From Minisyncoccia bacterium (GTDB lineage: Bacteria; Patescibacteriota; Minisyncoccia; Moranbacterales; GCA-2747515), in contig JBGSQF010000013.1 of assembly GCA_041738235.1 (NCBI GenBank), forward strand, positions 193,899-257,898: a DNA stretch of 64,000 nucleotides. Reading direction: 5' to 3'. This document shows positions 58,309-64,000 of the stretch, piece after piece. A program made the translations under genes and the position numbers. The stretch's first letter is position 1, and each line of letters begins with the position of its first letter. Below the pieces are notes generated by a model. That model was given only the letters and a program-made list of their open reading frames with translations. It was not told where the DNA came from and did no database searches.

Positions 58309-59410
58309 GTTGACACTGTTTACCCTCTTAGGTGTTCTGTTGCTCTCTGGTGTGCTGTTCTTCTATAGTACTAGCCCCTACACAACTCGTAAGTTCGAAT
58401 TCCAATCAAATATTGGTAACTCACTAAAGGTCTTTCTTTACAATGAAAGTGCTTTTAATGATCCAATTCCAGGCTGCTGGTACGATAGTGGGGACTATAT
58501 TGTTTTTCTACACCGAAATGCCGAGACCTTTTACTACCTCTCTCTCGCATACGAACAAGCATCATCACCACAAGTCAAAGCTGATATCAAATACGTTCTA
58601 GATAGACAAAGCACCTGCATAGATGGCATGCTCAAGAGAAACTATAAACAGTTTGGTGATCAAGGGAGTCATGGTATTAACCTTCCACCGACATTCAGTT
58701 CTGCATTCTACCCAAGAAATAATTACCATATGAGACCAGGCGAAGGAAAAGATGTCTATCTTTTGTATAGCCTGTCATTTACCAACCTTGGTGATACAAA
58801 AAATGCAGCCAACTGGCTAAAGAAGGCAGAAGAGGCAGACACAAAGACCATCTCAGAGAATTGTTGTGAGGGGGGCCCTCTCTTTTTGACCCCCATGGAC
58901 TACACTGGACTTACAGGACTTTCAGGTATAGAAGATGTCAATGCGAGAGACCTCAACACTATATGGGGGGTACATTTTCCTGCCCTACTCTCAATAAAAA
59001 ACGGAGAAAAGGGAATGCTTAGCGATATGCTTTCCTCAGTAGAAGAACGGTGGACTCAACATGACTCCCCCTTCCTTTATTTGGGAGGAAACTATGATAT
59101 TGCTGGAACCATTGCCCTGGAACGTATGTATGCCAAAAAATTCAACGATCACTCTTTTGATGATCTAGCCTCCTCGCTTATACACTACCTCAAAGGCGAG
59201 AATCAGTATCACACAGACTTTACCAATTATCCATCTCCTTATCATCCTTGTGCTTTTTTTGCTAGCTGCTCTTTACCAGACACGCTTATCAATGGTGCTG
59301 ACAGCGATGGATTTGATCCAAAGAGAAACGACATATGGCGAAACACGGAAATACAGTTGTTTGGTCAAGCGGAATACGTTCTCGCCTTAGTGCTCTATAA
59401 TAATTGGTGA
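58259..59410 (+). CDS. Membrane-anchored glycoside hydrolase, GH9-like putative endoglucanase
   Basis: N-terminal TM helix; PGCWYDSGDY resembles the GH9 GGWYDAGDH signature, within a ~350-aa alpha/alpha-barrel-sized domain. Confidence 0.45.
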   Translation: MTCLNMLKNLVLAKSIKLTLFTLLGVLLLSGVLFFYSTSPYTTRKFEFQSNIGNSLKVFLYNESAFNDPIPGCWYDSGDYIVFLHRNAETFYYLSLAYEQASSPQVKADIKYVLDRQSTCIDGMLKRNYKQFGDQGSHGINLPPTFSSAFYPRNNYHMRPGEGKDVYLLYSLSFTNLGDTKNAANWLKKAEEADTKTISENCCEGGPLFLTPMDYTGLTGLSGIEDVNARDLNTIWGVHFPALLSIKNGEKGMLSDMLSSVEERWTQHDSPFLYLGGNYDIAGTIALERMYAKKFNDHSFDDLASSLIHYLKGENQYHTDFTNYPSPYHPCAFFASCSLPDTLINGADSDGFDPKRNDIWRNTEIQLFGQAEYVLALVLYNNW

Positions 59411-59450
59411 AACCATTTACACGGTCCGCTCCCCTTAAAGAAATTCCTAT

Positions 59451-59804
59451 ATGAACAACAACGAACTTCCCTCACGTCCAGAGATCCCCTTTCCTCTTCC
59501 CCGTCCAAAAGATATCGTTCTTTTAGATGGAAGATACACCCAGTGCATTATGGCAAATTCATACAGAATAGTTCTCACCTCTCTCGATCAGCAGGAGGTT
59601 GTAGAAATAGACTCCAAGGATCTTCACAAGTATACCTACGTTCCTCCAACTCGAGATCAAGTGCTCGCCAAACATCTTGTGACACAAGGAGCTATGACCC
59701 AAAAAGAGCTCAGTCTCGTCCGATGGGGATCAGAAGAAAAACAAAATCCCCATCTCAAAGGAGAGGTCACCTTCTTCGGAACCTACACAAAAAAAGACGC
59801 TTGA
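59451..59804 (+). CDS. Hypothetical protein (last gene of the operon)
   Basis: 117-aa ORF with a terminator immediately 3'. Confidence 0.4.
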   Translation: MNNNELPSRPEIPFPLPRPKDIVLLDGRYTQCIMANSYRIVLTSLDQQEVVEIDSKDLHKYTYVPPTRDQVLAKHLVTQGAMTQKELSLVRWGSEEKQNPHLKGEVTFFGTYTKKDA

Positions 59805-59810
59805 AACAAA

Positions 59811-59837
59811 AAAACAACCCCTTTCGGGGTTGTTTTC
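59811..59837. terminator. Bidirectional terminator AACCCC-TTTC-GGGGTT flanked by A- and T-runs
   Basis: Lies between the convergent gene 59451..59804 (+) and the KH-domain gene (-). Confidence 0.6.
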
Positions 59838-59853
59838 ATATCGCTTCTACAAA

Positions 59854-60243
59854 CTAGATATTGATACTATTCACGATCTCATCCACCGTCTTCTTTGGCT
59901 CTTCTGCAGCTGGCTGAGTAGCAGAAGCGGAAGTAGAAGTTGACGTGGAAGCCTCTTCACGCTCGCTCTTACGCACATGTGTCGATCCTTCCGGCTCATT
60001 GATCTTGAGATTCACTCGAGCATTGTTTCGCGCACCGATAACTCGGAGCAGTGTTCGAAGTGCTTTGGCGGTCATACCATCGCGACCAATCACCATACCC
60101 ATATCCTGTGCATGAACATCCAACGAGATTAAAACACCCATTTCATCGATCTTTCGCTCTACCTTTACTGACTCGGGATTATCAACCAACATTTTGACAA
60201 CGTATTCGATAAACTCCTTATCTGTGTATTTTTCTTCGCTCAT
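59854..60243 (-). CDS. KH-domain RNA-binding protein (KhpA/YlqC-like) with an acidic, Ser/Thr-rich tail
   Basis: VIGRDGMTAKALRTLLRVIG KH GxxG-type core. Confidence 0.8.
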   Translation of the reverse strand: MSEEKYTDKEFIEYVVKMLVDNPESVKVERKIDEMGVLISLDVHAQDMGMVIGRDGMTAKALRTLLRVIGARNNARVNLKINEPEGSTHVRKSEREEASTSTSTSASATQPAAEEPKKTVDEIVNSINI

Positions 60244-60417
60244 GGTGGTACATTACCTGATTAATATAGCGAGAAACGATCCCTTTCGGTTGACCAAACC
60301 GCGTAGCTTCTCACCATGTGTATAGTATACTAAATTTCCACTTTCCCGTCAATTCAACAAATCCCCCCTACTAACCAGATACGCTCTTCATTTTACAAAC
60401 TTTCACCATTTCCGGCA

Positions 60418-62736
60418 TTACACATCTTTTCCCTCCATATCTTCCTTCTCCAACTTTACTGAAAGAAGTTGCGACACACCATCTGTTCCCATGGTCACAC
60501 CATAAAGCACATCTGCTGCACGCATTGTTTCACGATTATGGGTAATAACGATAAACTGGGTCTTGCGAGCAAGTGTTTCCAAGATACGACTAAATCGTTC
60601 TGAGTTAGACTCATCAAGCGCCGCTTCCACCTCATCCAATACCGAGAATGGCGGTGGACTGTAAGCGATAACAGCAAAAAGAAGCGCCAAGGAAACAAGT
60701 GACCGTTCCCCTCCCGACATCATAGAAAGCGAGTGGATACGCTTCTTCGGTGGGGATACCTTAATGTCGATCCCGATCTCACGAGAAGCACTTGTGGCGG
60801 GAAGGGCCACGAGTCCCTCCTCAACATCTTCTTCCGTTTCTTCTCCTTCCTTTTCACCAGAGGGCGTCTTCTCCCTATCCAATACCACCTGTTCCAACTT
60901 TGCTTCACCACCATCAAACATCAAAGTAAAGAATTTTGAGAATTCTCGGTTAATGGATTCGAATGCTTTGGTGAACTCCTTCTCAATACGAGAATCCATC
61001 TCCTTTACGATCTTGTTCAGTGAAATGATCGTCTCCTCCAGATCTTTCAACTCGCCACTTAAGAAATCGTATCGTTCCTGTGTTTCTCGATACTCTTCCG
61101 CTACCAATGGGTCAATACCTCCGATCTGAGAAAGTGTCGTTTGAAGTCGAGATATTTTTCTCTCCACCTCAAAAGTATCAACAGAATCGGAAATATCGGG
61201 TAACGTCTGTGGGTCGACAGCCAGCACATTATGGATGTCTCGCTTCAGATCCTCCTCACGCACCTCTACCCGAGCACAAACGATCTTAGCCTCGTTCCAA
61301 CGATCCTTCACCTTCTCCGCATCCATCTGCAAAGCATGCATTTGCTTCTCGATCTCAAGGAACTCTGCATTTACCTTCTTGGCGTTCTGCGACTTCGCAA
61401 TCATTTTTTCTTCCCACTGACGAACAGCCTCTTTATGTTCAAGGATCTCTTTTTGAAATTGGTCTCGCTGAATTTCGAGTGTTGATATTCGCTCCCTAAA
61501 TCGACGCTCTTCCGCCTCAATAACAGATTGATCTCGCTTTACCTCAACTCTCGATTTTCCGCAGTTTATATGAAGACTCTCCAGAAGCGATCCTATTGCG
61601 CGCGACTCCTCTCGAAGACCGTTGAGTTCCTCTATGGACCGTATCTCCTCAAGACGTTTTGTAAGTTCCTTCTGCTTGGTGCGGATCTGATCTAGCTCTC
61701 GGCGAACGAAAACCAGGTCAACAGGAATACTATCAACCTTGCGTTGATGCCTCGATCGCTCTTTCTCCATCTCCAAACGACCTTCAATAAAAGACTGCTG
61801 TCGTTCAGCTTGAGAAAGTTTTTCACGGATCTTAGAAAGTTCATGACGAGAACCGTCGTCGTCAGTATCACCAGATGATAAAGCTTTTGCCGCAAGTTCT
61901 TTCTTTTCATAGAGCGTATCAATATCACGCTGAAAACGCATTACCTCACGCCCAGATATCATCTTCGCCTCTTCTGCCTGAGCTCGCTCGTTCTCTAAGG
62001 CGTCCCAAAGAGTCTTATAGTACTGCTGTTGGAGACTCTTCAATTCAACCTCCAACGACTCTCTCTGTTCAGCCTTCTTAGCCTGTCGTCGAAGCAAACG
62101 CAAACGTGGCTCTATCTCGTTGAGCAATTCTTGGGTACGATCCATGTGCTCCCTTGATGTGGCTAACTTTCGCAAGGCTCGTTCGCGTTTCAATTGAAAG
62201 GGCTTGACTCCTGCCGCCTCTTCTACAATAGAACGTCGCTCAAACGGATTAGCATTCAAAATTGCGTCTGACATTCCTTGATTAAGCACGCAGTGACTCT
62301 CCTTCCCGATCCCGCCAGTCGCCAACATATCTACTACATCAAGCATTCTCACCTTTGATCCGTTTATCTTGTATTCCCCCTCCCCGCTTCGATAGATCTT
62401 TCGTGAAACTGAGATCTCGGTATAAGGAACCGGAATACGTTTATCGGCATTGTCAAAAAAGAGCGTTACTTCAGCATAATTCTGCCTCGACTTTCCTTTC
62501 GATCCAGCAAATATTACATCATGTGATTTCTTCCCACGAAGACTTTTCACAGACTGCTCTCCCATTACCCAACGAATGGCGTCGGCGACATTCGATTTCC
62601 CGGACCCATTTGGTCCCACGACCGCGGTAATTCCCGTCCTTCTCCCCGTTCCTCCCGTTCCCGGAACATCAAAAACAAGCGAAGTTTTGTTCGCAAAAGA
62701 TTTAAAACCAATGAGCTCTATACGTTTGAGATACAT
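60418..62736 (-). CDS. smc: SMC-family chromosome-segregation ATPase, unusually short (772 aa)
   Basis: N-terminal Walker A VVGPNGSGKSN, C-terminal signature LSGGERSLVSLALLFA and Walker B VLDEVEAALD, with ~450 aa of coiled coil between them. It lies immediately downstream of rnc, matching the conserved rnc-smc synteny. Confidence 0.8.
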   Translation of the reverse strand: MYLKRIELIGFKSFANKTSLVFDVPGTGGTGRRTGITAVVGPNGSGKSNVADAIRWVMGEQSVKSLRGKKSHDVIFAGSKGKSRQNYAEVTLFFDNADKRIPVPYTEISVSRKIYRSGEGEYKINGSKVRMLDVVDMLATGGIGKESHCVLNQGMSDAILNANPFERRSIVEEAAGVKPFQLKRERALRKLATSREHMDRTQELLNEIEPRLRLLRRQAKKAEQRESLEVELKSLQQQYYKTLWDALENERAQAEEAKMISGREVMRFQRDIDTLYEKKELAAKALSSGDTDDDGSRHELSKIREKLSQAERQQSFIEGRLEMEKERSRHQRKVDSIPVDLVFVRRELDQIRTKQKELTKRLEEIRSIEELNGLREESRAIGSLLESLHINCGKSRVEVKRDQSVIEAEERRFRERISTLEIQRDQFQKEILEHKEAVRQWEEKMIAKSQNAKKVNAEFLEIEKQMHALQMDAEKVKDRWNEAKIVCARVEVREEDLKRDIHNVLAVDPQTLPDISDSVDTFEVERKISRLQTTLSQIGGIDPLVAEEYRETQERYDFLSGELKDLEETIISLNKIVKEMDSRIEKEFTKAFESINREFSKFFTLMFDGGEAKLEQVVLDREKTPSGEKEGEETEEDVEEGLVALPATSASREIGIDIKVSPPKKRIHSLSMMSGGERSLVSLALLFAVIAYSPPPFSVLDEVEAALDESNSERFSRILETLARKTQFIVITHNRETMRAADVLYGVTMGTDGVSQLLSVKLEKEDMEGKDV

Positions 62737-62744
62737 AGATACTA

Positions 62745-63440
62745 TTATTTATCCCATCCCTTCTTTTCCAGGGCCGCTTTCGCAGCATTCCGTTGCGCCT
62801 CTTGCTTAGAAGGACCCTCGCCGGTCGCTACCAATTCATCTCCAAGATACACCCCAACAACAAACACTCTATTATGATCCGGGCCAACCGACTCATGTTC
62901 ACGGTATGTGGGAGTTATGGACACCATCTCTTGCGCCTTCTCCTGGAAATGACTCTTGGGATCAACGAATAATTTCTTATCAAAGACTTCCCCAATATGC
63001 GTCACAATACGCCCGAGGATAAAATCCTTGGCATCCTCATACCCCTTGTCTAGATAAATAGCTCCAATGATCGCTTCGCATGCGTTAGCAAGCAAATACT
63101 CTCGAGCCCGTCCAGTATCTTTTGATTCCCCACGACTCATCATGAGATACTTTTCAACACCCAACTCGCGAGAAACTTTTGCAAGCATCTCACCCCGTAC
63201 CAACGCCGCTCGCCATGCCGTAAGTTCTCCTTCTGGATTCGGATATTGATGGAAGAGATACTCTGTTACTACCAATTCCAAAACAGCGTCTCCCAAGAAT
63301 TCAAGACGTTCATTGTGATCAAGTGCATACCCACGATGCTCATTGATGTAAGATCGATGCGTAAGAGCTGTTTCAAGCAGCCCTTGTTCCTTAAAAGAAG
63401 TTCCGAGTGCTTTCTCCAACCCTTCAAGATCCTTTTTCAT
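62745..63440 (-). CDS. rnc: Ribonuclease III
   Basis: RNase III signature ERLEFLGDAVLELVV plus a C-terminal dsRBD. Confidence 0.95.
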   Translation of the reverse strand: MKKDLEGLEKALGTSFKEQGLLETALTHRSYINEHRGYALDHNERLEFLGDAVLELVVTEYLFHQYPNPEGELTAWRAALVRGEMLAKVSRELGVEKYLMMSRGESKDTGRAREYLLANACEAIIGAIYLDKGYEDAKDFILGRIVTHIGEVFDKKLFVDPKSHFQEKAQEMVSITPTYREHESVGPDHNRVFVVGVYLGDELVATGEGPSKQEAQRNAAKAALEKKGWDK

Positions 63441-63568
63441 AAAAGGGCCAGTTCTCGTCCTTGTGCCGGAATTCCCTTAATACTTCAAGGAATATCGCCG
63501 CACAAAGAGATAACTAGATTAGTAAGTAATATCTGTAAAATAAAAAATGAACCTTGACCGTATAAACA

Positions 63569-64000
63569 TTATGACTCTGACGGACTCTTTGTTTTTTTCT
63601 TATCCTGCTTCATTGGCTCTCCCATCTGTCGATAGATCGTGCCAAGTACGCCATTGACAAAACGAGAAGAGCTTTCCCCGCCAAATGTTTTGGCCAACTC
63701 GATCGCTTCGTTGATCGCCACCTTTGGAGGCACCTCTTCATACTTGCCATATACCAGCTCATATATCCCCAAGCGCAAAACAGATCGATCTACGGTCGCT
63801 ATTTGATCGATGGGCCATTCCGGAGCACACTTTTCTATAAGCGGGTCGAGCTCAGATCGTTTTTCTGCTACACCACGAACTAATGTTCGAACAAGATCAG
63901 ATTCTTCAATACCAGGACCAAATTCGGCAATATTTGTTTCTAAATATTCTTCCAATCGATCCGGTTGAGAACCATTAAAATCCCATTCAAAGATGGTTTG
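63569..64000 (-). CDS. nusB: Transcription antitermination factor NusB (5' end beyond the window)
   Basis: NusB-like all-helical sequence (…[19 protein letters not shown]…SRFVNGVLG). The frame stays open through the window edge; the first in-window start-like codon is TTG. Confidence 0.7.
   Translation of the reverse strand, partial: QTIFEWDFNGSQPDRLEEYLETNIAEFGPGIEESDLVRTLVRGVAEKRSELDPLIEKCAPEWPIDQIATVDRSVLRLGIYELVYGKYEEVPPKVAINEAIELAKTFGGESSSRFVNGVLGTIYRQMGEPMKQDKKKTKSPSES

Noticed and set aside
1-64000. CRISPR arrays, rRNA genes, IS elements or integrase genes
   Set aside because: No regularly spaced direct repeats with unique spacers were seen. There is no rRNA-like conserved sequence. 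No transposase DDE, HTH or tyrosine-recombinase motifs appear in any ORF.

Overview
This 64 kb window is a densely packed, mostly housekeeping chromosomal segment. The predicted proteins have short, domain-minimal architectures (a 622-aa AlaRS, a 772-aa SMC) and the peptidoglycan genes murC, murG and ftsW are all present. By inference this resembles a small-genome Patescibacteria/CPR-like bacterium; I have not verified that. Core genes recognised from motifs are alaS, frr, recJ, pheST, argS, dnaX, tRNA-Gln(UUG), mutY, murC, murG, ftsW, trmD, smc, rnc and a partial nusB. Three accessory stretches stand out against this backbone. (1) A GC-rich, ORF-poor island at ~8.36–10.0 kb contains two paralogous box+hairpin units and a DksA/TraR zinc-finger gene. 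(2) A GC-rich array of four small coiled-coil protein genes at ~16.7–18.3 kb has a sigma70-like promoter seen for three of the four and an intrinsic terminator for three of the four. Island 2 shares with island 1 hairpins carrying a conserved AUACUA/UAGUAU hexaloop. (3) An island begins at the 3' end of tRNA-Gln (~35.6–38.8 kb). It contains tRNA-fragment-like repeats, an ORF with a C-terminal Phe (an outer-membrane-barrel-like feature) and a DUF2726/NERD-like gene broken at a G5 homopolymer. It also contains a conspicuously AT-rich two-gene cassette of small membrane-anchored proteins of unknown function with its own terminator; this cassette is the best candidate for an undescribed conflict or defence module. 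Separately, a seven-gene operon at 55.0–59.8 kb combines a BcsA-like processive GT2 (DxD, TED and QxxRW motifs), GalU, a GH9-like putative endoglucanase, two tiny ferritin-like ExxH proteins and a DNPH1/Rcl-like gene. This looks like an unusual beta-glucan/cellulose-like exopolysaccharide locus. No CRISPR array, rRNA or obvious IS/transposase was seen.
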